Numbered from the stretch's first letter, positions 1-14,030 are shown. The stretch: 64,000 nucleotides of DNA from Blastocystis sp. Blastoise (GCA_039096225.1 JBBPEB010000004.1:186001-250000); one strand, 5' to 3'. Program-made: numbers and translations. Notes: generated by a model not told the origin, from the sequence alone.

Positions 1-804
1 GTATTTAATTTTTCTCCTTTTCTTTGATTTAACAATAATGATTGTTCTTTCTTTTGAGTAGATACACAACGATATTTATTTGTTTCAAGTGAAAAAGGTG
101 ATAGAAATAATGATGAATTGATTACTTGTTGAAATAAAGGAGAAGAAGAATCTTCATTTTTTGATTCATTATCATTTATATATACTATTGGTGGAGATGG
201 TGGAGGAGAAATACATTCATCATGGAACTTAATAGAATCAACAGGTTGAATTATAGATAATTGTGTTTTTGGAAAGGTAGATGAACTTAGTGGCTTTGTT
301 GTAGTATCTTTTAAAGTAGTCTCAGTATATAATACTTTAGAACTTAACGGAGGCCTTGTTAAAAGACGAGAATTGGAAACATTTGTTGCTTTATGGGCAG
401 CTGAACTATGAACTATAGTCATTATATCATTTTCATTCGTTTTTAATAAGATACTTTTATTTATATTATTTATATTCTTGTTGATAACTTGTTTATTTGA
501 TGATGGATTGACGAAACTGTGTTTACTTTCATTCTATAAATAAATTAAATGATTTGTATTATAGGACATATAGTTGTATACTTGTGGATGAGTATTCTGA
601 TGAGTTTGTGCTTGATTTCTAGAATTATTTGTTTCAATTCTATTTGTAATTTCTTGTATAGTCTTATTTTCATCATCTAATTTTCTTTCTGGAAATGTTG
701 CAGCTAAAAGTTTTGCTTTCTATATATATAAAATGGTGATATTGAAAAACAATTACTTTCAAACTTTTTGTTTTTAATTGATTTTCATGAAGATCATCAT
801 CCAT
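1..804 (-). CDS. Hypothetical low-complexity protein, 5' part (continues off the left edge)
   Basis: ATG at 802-804 (MDDDLHENQLKTKSLK). GT-AG introns at 720-756 and 534-581 join in frame to KAKLLAATFPERKLDDENK... and a Ser/Pro/Asn-rich exon running to the window edge. No recognisable domain. Confidence 0.7.
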
Positions 805-1728
805 AACATAAACTTTATTTTATTAAAAATATATTTCAAAAACTAAAGAATTCAATAGAAAAAAATAATTTTTTGTTTGTTTTTTCTACAATACTTTTCT
901 TTTTATTTTATTTAATATTCTTTTTTATAGGCATATTGTTTGTTAGTAAAAACAACTATTGATATTGTTTCTTGAAGGTTAGTCGATATATCCCGATGTT
1001 TGATAATTATTGTGTCATCATGTCTTCTTTTATTATTTTAACGATATAATAAAACAGTATGAGAATTGAGAACATACGTACAATGATCTGTTTTTATGTC
1101 TAGTTTGAATATTCAAGTGATGAGAGACTAGTTTGTATACTATTTACTAAAAGAGATCAAAATCATATATTGTATTTCTTTAGTAAATAAAAGATATTAA
1201 TAATTAATTCAATCAAGCTGACTTTTTGGAGTTGACTTTTAGTACTGTTGTCTTTTACTAAATTTTTTTGGCATTCTTACAATGTATTATGATGCTAACA
1301 GTAAACGAATATAATTTTGACATTAAAAAAGACTAGTTTGTTAACTTTGATAAAGAGATCACCGAAAATAATTCACTATTAAGTATCATTATTCTTGAGA
1401 TATTACCCATCGATGAGTAGAAATTTATATATATGTGAGAGGGGTTTATATACAATAAGACTCTATTAAAGTTGGGAGTATTGTTAAATTAAAATAAGAA
1501 AAAACATCCTCAATTTTTTGTTTGTGTTCAGACTACTAAAACGTTCCAAAAAAAAAATTTTTTTTTTATGAATCTTTTGATTTTCTCGGTTTTATAGGAA
1601 GTAAAATACACGGTAATATAGTGAGTAATCGAGGTGAATAATTTACTAAAAACTTTTTTGATGAATACTTGGGTTTTTTATGATTTCATTTTCAGTCATA
1701 AATTATTTAAATCTTCTTTAAAGAATAA

Positions 1729-4700
1729 ATGTCCGGTGAATGTAATTGCTATAATATTCTATACTCTACTATTCTATTGATTAATTCTTTTTTATTAATT
1801 CAAATATTTATTGGTATTTGTCTTTAGCTGATGATTCGTATCACTCGTCCAACGACAGTGACTCTGAATATCTTGAGAATGATAAGAATAGCAGAGGCAA
1901 CACTTCTGTGAATGTAACAAAAGTCTTAGGACCTTTTGTAGACAAACAATTACTTGAAGATCCTTCAAAACAACTTGAATATAGGAAACAAATATACTCT
2001 CAATGTGTAGCTATGTTTGACTCCTTATTTCCTAATTGGAAATTCAAAAAAGAAGCAATTAAACCTCACAACTCATCGAAGAATCCTAACTGTATTGGTG
2101 TATGTTTCTTATTTATCTTTCTCTAGATGTCATATACTCTTGAAATATATACTTATTTTCTTTAAACTCTTTATGTCTACTATTCTCCATATCTAGAATT
2201 TAACGTTAGAACAGTCAGAATACTTAAGAAGATGTGTCAAACGTAATGGCCAATCTCAAGAAGGTTGGAGAACTATTCGTGATGAGATTGAAGCTACATT
2301 TGGCATCAAAACAAACAATTTAAAATCAGAATTCAATATGAGTACTAATAAGGAGTATATATATTTAAATTATTTTATATTCACATGATTGAGTTTATCA
2401 TTATTGTCTATGTGTATCTACTAAAGATATATATATGACCTAAATATATATAAATACGTGGATGCAAATAATCTACTATAATTTTTTTTCTTTTATTTTT
2501 TTATGATTATTTTCACTTTTATAAAGATATTATATCTTTATACTAATACACTATTATTATAGAGCTCTGTCAGAAGATGATACAAAAGTTTACCAGCTTT
2601 TATATATTCACAACGAAGGCTTTTCTATTATTGCTCGAGTATGGTTCACTATTCAATATTTATTCATATTGAACTATTTCAGCTTTTTCTTCTTTTCTTT
2701 TTTTTTATATCACGTAGTCTATGCCTATTGTATTAGATATCACCATGCTATTCTATTTATTTCATAACATTATATATTTATGTAGGTATTAGATCGAAAT
2801 GATCACTTTATCAAGAATCATGAAAAACCATATAAAAAATATTATGTATATATTCACTTATCAATGCTTATATTCTTATTATAATACACTTTACTCTTGT
2901 ATACTCTATATATTTATTTGCTTTTTAGTGTTTTTCTAGTGTTTTCATTTGCTTTTTTATTTATTATTTATTTTTAGTGATTTTGTACATATATATATAT
3001 TTTCACGGTTATTTTATATTTTTCTAAGGTCCTTACATTTTTTTTCTATTTACTAATTTTTTTTAATTATTTTTTTAGTATATATATAATTTTTGTTTAT
3101 TTGTTTTAGTAAATATATATATATCTATATAATTATTATTTGTTTTTAGTATGTATATAGTAACTAACTGTTTATATTTAATTATATATTATATATATAT
3201 ATTATATATATTATCTATATATTATATGTTATATGTATATTATATCTAATTATTATCATTAAATATATTTATGTGGTTCTATATATAAAGAAAATATTCT
3301 ATATATATATATATAATATCTATATATTATTCTTATTATATTTGTCTATCTATAGCCAGATATAACAGGTTATAGAACAAAAGAAAAATCTCGTAAACCA
3401 AAACGTGCTCCATATACTCGTAATTCATCTCCTTCTTCTCGTCTGAAATCTGCTGAATCTTTTGATGATACAGATAGTCAAACACAATCTACTCAAGGAA
3501 ATACTATGTCGAAATCAAAAGTTCGATCGAATTCTCAATCTGATTCTTCTTATCTTCCTGTACCTCAATATACTGAAACACCTATAACACTTCCACCTAT
3601 GCCAAATACACAAGATCCATCTAAACCTACAGTATATATAACATCATCTTCAATTCCTATTTATCAAAATCCTCAAACATATATTACTCAACCATCTACT
3701 CTAACAACGAGAATTCCCGCGGGTACACAGAAACAAGGAGTTATTCCTCCTCCTCCTTTTTATGGACAATATGCATATTATACAAATAAACCAATATATC
3801 AAGAAAGACCGGTAACAACTCAAGATCCAGTAAGAAAAGAAAATCAAGAATATATAAAGGGTACAAACAAACATATATTGAATGATAATACTGCTTCTAC
3901 TTCTGCTACTATTCAATCAAATATCCCTTCAAATACACCTATAACAACACAAGGAACAAATCTTGATTCAAATGGAACATCTACCTATATATATGCATAT
4001 AATTATGTTCCTAATAATACATCCATATCTACAACTACTATGAATTATCTTCCTCCCCCAGCTTTTAATAATCAACCAACTCAATTATCCCCTCAAGGGG
4101 GTAGCTTTCGTTTACCTGTTACCTATCCAAACTCCCTCTCCTCTTCATCCTCAAACACAAATAACTCCTCAAATAACTTATTATCCAATTCAACAAAAGA
4201 AATATATACAAAAGAAGAAAATAGAAATAAAGAAGAAACAATACAAACAAGAGAACAAATCCAGTCTTCATCTTCATATGACGCCATAAATCCTCTTCTT
4301 TCTTCTCAACATAATAATATAATATCAAATCAAATAGATGATAAAAGAAAAAATAAACCATATACAAGAAATCGTGATTCCCGCGGGGATAGAGACAATG
4401 ATCGAATAGAACCTTATAAACCTGTTGAAGATGTTTCTATAACAAATGCAGTTAATAATTATATTCAAAATAGTATTTTTGTATATGATACTCATAATAC
4501 TTTAAATTCAAATGATACAAATAATACGTATATACCAAAAATGACTACTATAAATAATAATATAATACCTATGCCTACTTCCTTTAATAGTCGTGATATG
4601 TTATTATTATATCCTGAAACTTCTATTATTCCTATTACTCCTTCTACAAGTATGGATCTTTCTTTATATCCATCTTTTTCAGAACGTTATATAGATGAAT

Positions 4701-6142
4701 CGAATTCTATTTTTATTAATCCTCAATTATTATTAGATTCTAATAGTGATATTCCTATCTTACATCAAAATAATGAAGATATTCAAAGAACAAGATTACT
4801 TTATGGAAGTGCAAAAGATGTTATGCTATCTGAAGAAGAAAAAGCAAAACGAATTCCTATTATTATTGAGAATCCTGAATATTTAAAGAAAGATAAACAT
4901 GAAGATAATACTATTCGTCCACTTAAAGAAAATGATACTGTAAATATGGTTAAACAATATTATGAAACTCCTTTAACTGAATTTGGAGAAACAAAACAAA
5001 TGTCAAATCCATCTATATCTATGATTCAATCACAAAATAAAATTATTAATAAAGATCCAAATATGGATGTTGATATGAAATTAAAATCTTCTTCATCTTC
5101 ATCATTATTATCATCATCATCTATACATGATATTACTAGTAATAATGATAACTCTAGTATAAATAATAATGATAATTCTACTATACATAATAATGATAAT
5201 TCTACTATAAATAGTAATGATAACTCTAAGTTTATAAATTCATATACACAACAATATATTAATAATCATCAACAAACTCCTTCTTATTATTCTATTAACG
5301 AAAGTAGAAGTCCTGATTCTTGTCATGAAAGTCTATCAATTGAAGAATCAAATGCAAAAGGAATAAATGTACCAACAACAATAAATAATAATATTACTAA
5401 TAAAACTATTCAACCATCTATAATTCCTCCTATATATATAGATAATAATAATATTAATTCTAATAATAAAACTAATAATATAGATAATACTAATAATAAT
5501 AGAATAATTCCTTCTACTATGTCACTTCCTACATTACCCTATGTTTCTTCTACTCTTCCTATTATAAATAATATGAATATTGATCATCCTAAAACATCTA
5601 TTCATGTTAATATACAAGATAAAGATTATATGTATAAAGAATTCTTTCAACCAAAAGAATTACCTACTTCAAATCCATCAACACCTTTAGCTAAAGATAA
5701 TCATGTGAATATAAATAATCTTTCAGATAATACATATATATCAAATAAAAAACAATCTTCAATGGTATCAAATTCTACTCTTTCACAAGTAATGCATAAT
5801 ATATCTGATCCTTTAAGTTCTAATCCTTCTTCATCTTCTTCTCCTTCTTCTTCTTTATCTCCTACTTTTCAACCCTCTAAACCAATTCTAAACACAAATT
5901 CAAATATACATTTATCTTCTTCTTCTTCTTCTACTACTACTACAACGACTACTACTGCTACTACTAATAATAATAATACTGGTATTCAAAATCCATTATC
6001 TTCTAATTCCAGCTTAAAATATGTTCTTACTGCTTCTACTCAATCCGATGCTAGTTTCTATAAGAGTTTTGATCATAATACATTATATTCATCCTATGAT
6101 AATCAAGAAAATCGTATTCATAATGATTTTCAAGAAGTATAA
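1729..6142 (+). CDS. Myb/SANT-repeat (R2R3-like, degenerate) DNA-binding protein with long disordered C-terminus
   Basis: Exons 1729-1735, 1828-2099, 2197-2354, 2563-2638, 2786-2845 and 3356-6142, all GT-AG and in phase. The spliced product has LTLEQSEYLRRCVKRNGQSQEGWRTIRDEI and LSEDDTKVYQLLYIHNEGFSIIARVLDRNDHFIKNH, matching Myb repeat spacing (cf. RTDNxIKNHW). The 878-aa ORF is most of the last exon. Confidence 0.75.
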
Positions 6143-7050
6143 CTTATAGAATATGTATTATTATTAATATTATTTGATATATAGAATATTATTAATATTA
6201 TTAATATTATTTGATGTATAGAATATTAATTATGTTATTAATATTATATATATTTTGTTTATTAACATTTTGTTTTTACTTTTTTTTTAAACTTTTGTCA
6301 TTTTTGTTTTTGTTTAGTTATTTTATATAATTTTACTAAAACATTTTTTTGGCTTTAGAATTTTGTGTTTCTATATACTTAATTCTTGTTTATTCGTTTT
6401 ATGTTCTTTTTCATTCAATATTCACATTTATATTCATATATCTTTTTGTTTGTTTTTGTTACTTTTTCACCTTTATAATTATTCAAATAAGTTTCGTTAT
6501 ATATTTAATACTTACATATATTCTAAATATTTTCATATCATTACTATTAATTTATATATATATATATTCATTTCATTAACATTTGATATAATTCATTTGA
6601 TTCAATATATATATATATGTCTACTATTATTATTTTATTATAACCTATTTTATTTCTAAACTATTGTTATTTCTGATGAATATATTCATTTTCTTATTAA
6701 TCTTAAAACTTAATTATTAAAACAAACTTCTATTAATTTATTAACTTATTTTTATCATTTATTATTATTATATAAAATTCATTTTTATTATATTAATAAT
6801 TCTATTATATATATATGTTTATATATGATTCTATATATGACAGTTTATATATATATATCTATATATCTTAAAATATTATTTATTTTTTTTTCATTATTAT
6901 CAACTTATTATTATATATATGTATATATATCTTTGTTATTTATAATTATTTTTGATTCATTCTTATAGTATGTAGTTATCTACTTTTATATGTTTATACA
7001 TATATAGATATATATTATTATATAATTCTTATTTGCTATTTTATATTTTA

Positions 7051-7081
<31 letters not shown>

Positions 7082-8211
7082 AATTATACATAAATTTTGA
7101 TATTTAAAAATTACTTATACTTTTATTATATTCCTTCTATTCATTTGATTTTTTATTTGATTTTTATATAATTAGAATAAATCATAAAAATCATATTTAT
7201 AATTATTATAACCTCTACTTCTTAATATCAATAGTAATTAGAGATACTTATTCATATGTTACCATTTACAGAATATTATCTCTATTTATATGCTTCGTGT
7301 TCTTTTTAATTAATTCAGATTTATGAAACAAAATTAAAAAAAAATTAGAATAAATATACTTATATCTTTTTTATTGTTTTTCTACTGTTTTAAATATATA
7401 TATTTTTATATTTATAATACTACATCTTTTTTAATTGATAATAGGTAGTTTATATTATTCGTTGTAATTATTCAAGAATAATATATTTATCAATAATCTA
7501 TGCCATTATTTATTCATTTTTGTTTTATGTTTTTTCTATATATTTCAATTTACACTTTCTTTGTATTATCTATATGAATATATATATTGAATTATCCTTC
7601 TTCCGTTGTTCTCTCTCATTCTAGGTATTTTTTTTGTTATTTTAAGAAAAACAAAGTCTATCTTATTCTTTTGTACTATAATGCATGTTTCTACTTTAAT
7701 ATATTATGTTTACACATTTAAATTAGTCTTTTGTTATAAATCTTTTTAATTAACTCATTTTTAATAAATTGTTTAATTATTATTAATATATATATATATG
7801 TATTTAATAAAGTATTATCATAATTATGTACATAATTTTTTATTACATGTTTATTTCTTCTTTTTTCTTCTTCAAATGACAATTCAATCATATGATATAT
7901 CAATATATTCTTTATATATGTATGCTTCTATTTTGTTTTATTAAGAGAATTTTCTTTCATAAATAAGAAGTTTAAAAATTTGATAAAAGTATAAAAATAA
8001 CCAAACAAAGAAAATATAACAAGAGTATTTGATTAATATACATAATGCATAAAAATAGAGTATAATAAAATAAGTAATAAAATGAAAAGACTGTTTTTTA
8101 GAATACAAATTAAGAAATAAAAGTTAAAATACTAAATACATATATATATAGATATATGAAAAATTAGACGAATAGTTTATTCTATTCAAATTATAGATAC
8201 TTGTATTCTAT

Positions 8212-8676
8212 TTAATACATAGAATTAATACCTTCTAAGAAAGAAGAGCTATTTAATATTTGAGTACCACCAACAACACAAGGAGTACCTTCCATATTCA
8301 AATCATGAACTACTTGACCTTCTTTATAACTATATATATATATGTTTAATAAATTATTATATTTATATATATAATTAAATAGATAATAATATTAATAATA
8401 TATATATATACGTAGTTCCACCAATAATATAAACAATAACAATATCACTAGTAGTATTATTTGAAAGATTAAAATAAGGATATAATTTATCATTTAATTT
8501 TCCTTTTTGAGCTTGTTGAATCATAGATTTAAGAGGAGGATTATAACGATCTAATTCCATAGCCATATCTTTAAATCCCTGTACTAAATTACTAAATACA
8601 CCAGAAAAAGCATCCGATTTAAATTTAAATAAACTATTCGAATCTTCACTTTCTGATTTACTTAAGGCCTTAAATC

Positions 8677-8753
<77 letters not shown>

Positions 8754-10493
8754 TATAAAATAAAAATAAAAATAATAATAAAAATAAAAATAATAATAAT
8801 AATAATAATATATACTTCATAACCTTTTCAACAATAGCACATTGTTCTGAAGTAACTCCTTTTTTAATTAACATACTTGTAAGAGCAGAAAGATTTCCCT
8901 TGCTATTTCCATAACGAAGAGCATATAATATAACAAGACGAAGAGCATCAGCACCATTGACTTTTTGATCTTGAATAAGAGCAGTTAATTGTTGATATTG
9001 TTCATTATAATTACTGGTATTAGCAAGAGATTGTTCTAAAGTTACAACTGGAGTTAAATCTATATATATCACAATATAGTATATATTATATATTTTATGT
9101 ATTATTCAATATAATAATAATAATAAACATAATAAACATAATAATAAATACTGAATCTCTTCCAACGATCTCCAAGATCAGCAACTAAAGACACGTGCTT
9201 ACCAGCTGAGGTTTCGAGAGTTTTATAAGATTTAAAGGTTTCAATAAATCTTTGCATATCCTCAATAGATTGAATGTTACTATTTTGTTTTCTTTCAACA
9301 CTATAGCTATCTGCTAATTTCTTAGCTTCACCACATAAAGTACCATAATCATCCCATTTATGAGCAACAAAGAAATCATCTTCAAAAGGTGACACGGAAT
9401 ATTCATTCTTAATTTCTCCATTCTCACGAACTATTACACGATTATTTAATACACCAAGGAATTCATGTAACATGGACTATAGAAGAATAATAATAAACAT
9501 AAACATAATAATAATAATTGACATAATAGAAAATAATAGTAATAATAATATATATAATATATACTTGATAACGTAATTGAGTAAGAAGAGGAGTAACGGG
9601 ATCAAATGAACGATCAAGAATAAGAAGAGTACAGGAATATTGCTTATAATCAAATATAGTTGTCTTACTTTGAAGGTTTATTTGACGGTCAATCTAGAAA
9701 AATAAATATATAATAAATATAATATATATAATAAATATAATATATATAATAAATATAATATATATAATATATACTTCTTTAGCAACAGTAGAAGCAATAG
9801 AAGATGAAGCTTGATAACGAATAGTAGGTTTTTGTTTAAGAGTTAAAAGAGCACCTAATATAGCCTATATAATATATAATATTAATAAACATAATAATAA
9901 TAAATATATTAATAAACATAATAATAATAAACATAATAATAATAAATATAATAATAATGAATATATACATCAATAGATCTATGCATCATGGAATCTTCTT
10001 CATTTGAACGATTACCTCCCTTACATAAACAGAGACTATTATCAAGGTTAATAGTGAAATGATCTTTATCAGCAAGTATATAATCATCATAATATTCACA
10101 GACTTGTTTTACTACTCCATCACTATCACATTCAGCAATAGAAGATAACATATCTTGAGTAATAAAATTACTAAAGAAAATATTATAAGCTTTATATTTG
10201 GGACTCTTTATTTCTTCACATAAGAGTTTTATGTTTTTAGGTGTAGCACGTATATAAACAACTGCTTCAAGATGACGCATATTTTCATGCTTAGAACCAA
10301 GTTTTTCAGTTAAACAAACGTTTTTTTCAAGAATTTGACTTTGGGTGAAAACAACAGAGACATTATTCATAGTTTCTTCATCTAAGATTAAAACTCGAAG
10401 AGCTTTTGAATCAGGAAGACTATTAATCATGTTTTCAATGTACTTTCTCACAGGAGTGTACATATCACTGATAGATGCTTGTTGTGTAGCCAT
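8212..10493 (-). CDS. VPS45: Sec1/Munc18 family protein, Vps45
   Basis: Motifs LRVLILDEET, KQKPTIRYQASS, LLILDRSFDPVTPLLTQ, KHVSLV, ALRLVILYALRY, VYIIGGTTY and VGGTQILNSSSFL. Seven exons, six GT-AG introns, TAA at 8212-8214. Confidence 0.92.
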
Positions 10494-11127
10494 TTTTAAA
10501 GAATAAAAGTATTAGCAATACAAGAAAATGCTATAAATAAACTATTTCTTGAAGAAATCCAAAATTTCGTGCAGTAAAGTGATTTGTTACATTTCTTTAA
10601 TGATTATTATATATAATCTACGACAACTGTCCATTATTTTCAAAAATTAAATTATTTTTATAGTATAATCTTCTCTGTTATTCTAGGTTATTCAGGGGAT
10701 TTTAATGTGTTTTCTTTTTTATTTATATCTCTTTGCTTTGGATAGTAATAGTATGGTTTATACCATAATTAATTCATTTTGCTATCAGTTACGGTCATCC
10801 AGATATTATAAAACATTAATTTTGGAAATCTATCATTTGTTCGTTTTCGATGATTTTGTTTTTATAGTTATTTATGCATTCAATAAATATATGAAAGCAA
10901 ACAAGGTCAATTATTGATGAAAACTGAATAAATTTCTGAGACATCGATAACAATGATAAAAAATGAAGTGAAATAATTGAATAATATAATCTATAGCTAA
11001 TGTATTTAATATGGATAACAGTTTAGTCAAATTATAATTTGGATGTGATAATGATTTGTTCTTCTTTTTCTTCTTGTTGAAGAATAATATACTCTTTGTT
11101 TGTATTTCTAGGAAAACCAAACATCTA

Positions 11128-11210
11128 TAGAATAAAATGATTCAATAGATGAATAAAATGATTCAATAGATGAATAAAATGATTAAATAGATAAATAGAA
11201 TGATTCAATA
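11128..11210. repeat. ~21-nt tandem repeat (ATAGATGAATAAAATGATTCA)x~4 downstream of the NIPA gene
   Basis: Directly visible near-identical units. Confidence 0.75.
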
Positions 11211-11261
11211 AGAATTATTTGAAAAAATAAAAGAAAGAAATATTAAAAGATAGTTATGTTT

Positions 11262-12993
11262 TTAATCCTCTTTTGGGGAATCACATACTTGATCAGATAA
11301 ATATGGAATATTCAATACATATAATCCACTAATATTGAAGAGAATACCTAATAAATACATTATTCCAGACAGTTGAGTTATATGTATTGTTTCCTTAAAG
11401 AAACAAACAGCAGATAAAGCACCAAAAACTATAAAACTTCCTTGATACCTAGAGTAATTATATAGTAATGCTTATGTGTTAGATTAATGATCATAAATAT
11501 TATAATAATATCAGTTTTAAATGACTACTATTAATGATAATGATAATAGTAGATAATGATAATAATATTATTATTAATGATAATGATAATAGTAGATAAT
11601 GTTAATAATATTATTATTAATGATAATGATAATAGCAGATAATGATAATAATTTATAATAATATATTATTATTATTAATGATAATGATACTAATATATAA
11701 TAATAATCATACATGGGTATAAGATAAAGAGCATCATAATACTTGAGTCCATTATTCAATATTATTATTCCTCCTAGTGCGGTTACAACTATAATTATTA
11801 ATATATACTATAGGATGAATATTAATAGCGCTTAAAAAATATCTTTATTTACATAAATATATATAATAAAGATATATACTACTCATAATAACAGATGTAT
11901 AAAAGAACGTGAAAATAAATATATTTTGATGTTTCATTAGGAAACTATATATAATCACTATTAATATTATATATATATATATTATACGATAATAAGTTAA
12001 TAAAATATAAAAAAATGATTACATATCTATTCAATTCTCATTATTATTTTATTATATATATATACATAGTTATAAAGCAAGTTAATGATTTTATATATAT
12101 TTGGTTTCCTCCCAAACTCCCTGAAAGAAGACCATATGCGAATCTATACAAATAATATAAATATATGGTTATATCAATTTATAATATGACAAAAAAAAAG
12201 TTCAATAAGAATATGAAAAATAATATTTCTATATATACTTTTTATAAGGAATAATATTATTTTTATTGGATAAAATACAGTAGACTAATATCATTGAGTA
12301 AACAATGAATAGAAGGATATATATGCTGAATAATGATTCAGTAGATAATGTTTGTAATTCATTAGCAGTATAAAAACAAACATTTATATATAACTCTAGA
12401 AATTAAATACTATTACATACAATACTATATATATACAGTATATATATCATATAAATAATATATATATATATACGTATAAGATGGATTATCATGATTTCCA
12501 AATATAGATACTAAAATACATCCAGTAAAATATAGATTAAGGATAATTCATTATATATAAAAATTAAGATACATGTATAAGATAACAATTATATATGTAT
12601 ATAAGGATATATCATGATAAGAATTGAAGAGAATAATTGAGAATACGATATGATTTCAGGTAGTAGGAATGAAGAGAATATAAATGTCCAAACGATACTT
12701 AATCCTGCAAATGGTGAAACTAATGATTGTGCTGCATAAACATAAGATAAAGTTGACAAAATAGGATTCACAATAATAATAAGTAAATAACTAACAAATT
12801 GTAGCATTGGCACCGAAAAACGATTCGTAATATCCATGAGAAGTGAAGGTCTTAGATCAGTTATCTTCTTATGGTTCTCATTTTCTTCACGAATATGACA
12901 ATATCGAAGTAAAACCTTTCCATAACTTCCAAGACAAGAAGACAAAATGCTACACAAAACACCTATTAGCCAATGCGGTAATATGGACGTCAT
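11262..12993 (-). CDS. NIPA-like (DMT superfamily) magnesium transporter
   Basis: Multi-TM protein with SYVYAAQSLVSPFAGLSIVW, GCILVSIFGNHD, GSLGGNQIYIK, LNNGLKYYDALYLIPMYQG and FFKE. TAA at 11262-11264. The model needs one AT-AC intron (12525-12610) and one GT-AC intron (12368-12473). Confidence 0.85.
12525..12610 (-). other. U12-type (minor spliceosome) AT-AC intron
   Basis: 5' ATATCCTT, branch site TCCTTAAT (plus 12536-12543), ends AC. Removal gives ILIMIGCILVSIFG in frame. Confidence 0.93.
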
Positions 12994-13479
12994 AATCTTA
13001 TACTAAAGAAGACAAATTATGTTATTCAACTCGATTGTGAATATTCATTGGCGTGTGTAGTGTGTATATCACTAATGATATAGTTACTAATTAAAGTCTT
13101 CTACAAATACGGGCAATCAAATTTATAATATCATTAAGTAATCGAATGAAACAATGAAGAAAAAGGATCTTTTTTTTATTTGTGTTTCTTTCATTCACTA
13201 TCAGGTATTCCCGTGATACTTTTTGGAGAGTTTTGCCAAAAAATGACTAAATTACTTTTTAAGACTATTTTCAGTCAGGCGAAAAGAGTAGCCAAAAACT
13301 AGGTTATTTTTGTCGAATATGGTCTTTCTTTTCATTCGTTCAGAATTCTTTTAGAAACGTCATTTTATTATTAATTTAATCGTTGTGTGAATGATAATCA
13401 ATATATATATATAACAAAAGACAATAAATAATATATAATAATTAAAATAGCAAGAAAGATAAGAAAATAATAATTATTT

Positions 13480-14030
13480 TGATTTGTTTTGATAAATTGG
13501 CAACTGTATCTGAGGACTATATATATAAATTGATAGAACTAATAATAATATAGATAATATAGAATACATACCTTCTAACATCACTTCTAGACCAACTCTT
13601 GAACAAGAACCAAAACTATAAAAATAGAATGTAAAAAAATAAATATATTATAACAATATACCTTCTAAATCCTAGCAGTGTAGACCAAAAGGGACACCAG
13701 AGAGTACCTAGAACCTATAAAAAATTAAATTAGTTAATTTCAAAAAAATAAAATATAATTAAATACCTTCAGAAGCATTGATTTGTTGACCAAGGAGACC
13801 TGAGACAATAGTTGAACCTATATAAGATAATAAATAATAATAGCAGAGAGAATGCTAAAAAATATATACCTTTAATACAACCAGATTTCTATACGTTCAG
13901 GCCCGGAAACTCATAAACTAACTTTAAAAAAGAAGACCAATTAGGACCTATTAGAATCTATTTTGACACACCAGTAAGCCTATATAGAATAAGATAAATA
14001 AAAAAAATATTATATACATTTAATAATATA
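13480..14030 (-). ncRNA. Candidate multi-exon spliced non-coding RNA (locus A), GGU-rich and structured
   Basis: G/U-rich exons at 13870-13979, 13767-13817, 13662-13714, 13572-13615 and <=13516 are separated by AT-rich GT-AG introns, and the four internal exons all end AAG|GT. The spliced sequence has stops in all three frames and folds into long stems across exon junctions. Confidence 0.55.

Noticed and set aside
1126-1361. Imperfect direct repeat GACTAGTTTG...AAAGAGATCA about 205 bp apart in the divergent promoter
   Set aside because: No TIR/TSD or LTR hallmarks; too short to call an element.
8476-8485. ATATCCTT on the minus strand inside VPS45, resembling a U12 donor
   Set aside because: It encodes LYPYF in an open, family-consistent exon, and no branch site or AC follows.
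13480-13979. Locus A as RNase P/MRP, SRP, U3 or a hammerhead ribozyme
   Set aside because: Only partial resemblances (e.g. ATCTGG/TCAGAT pairing, CTGAACG). The required conserved boxes could not be found by eye, so it is left unassigned pending cmscan.
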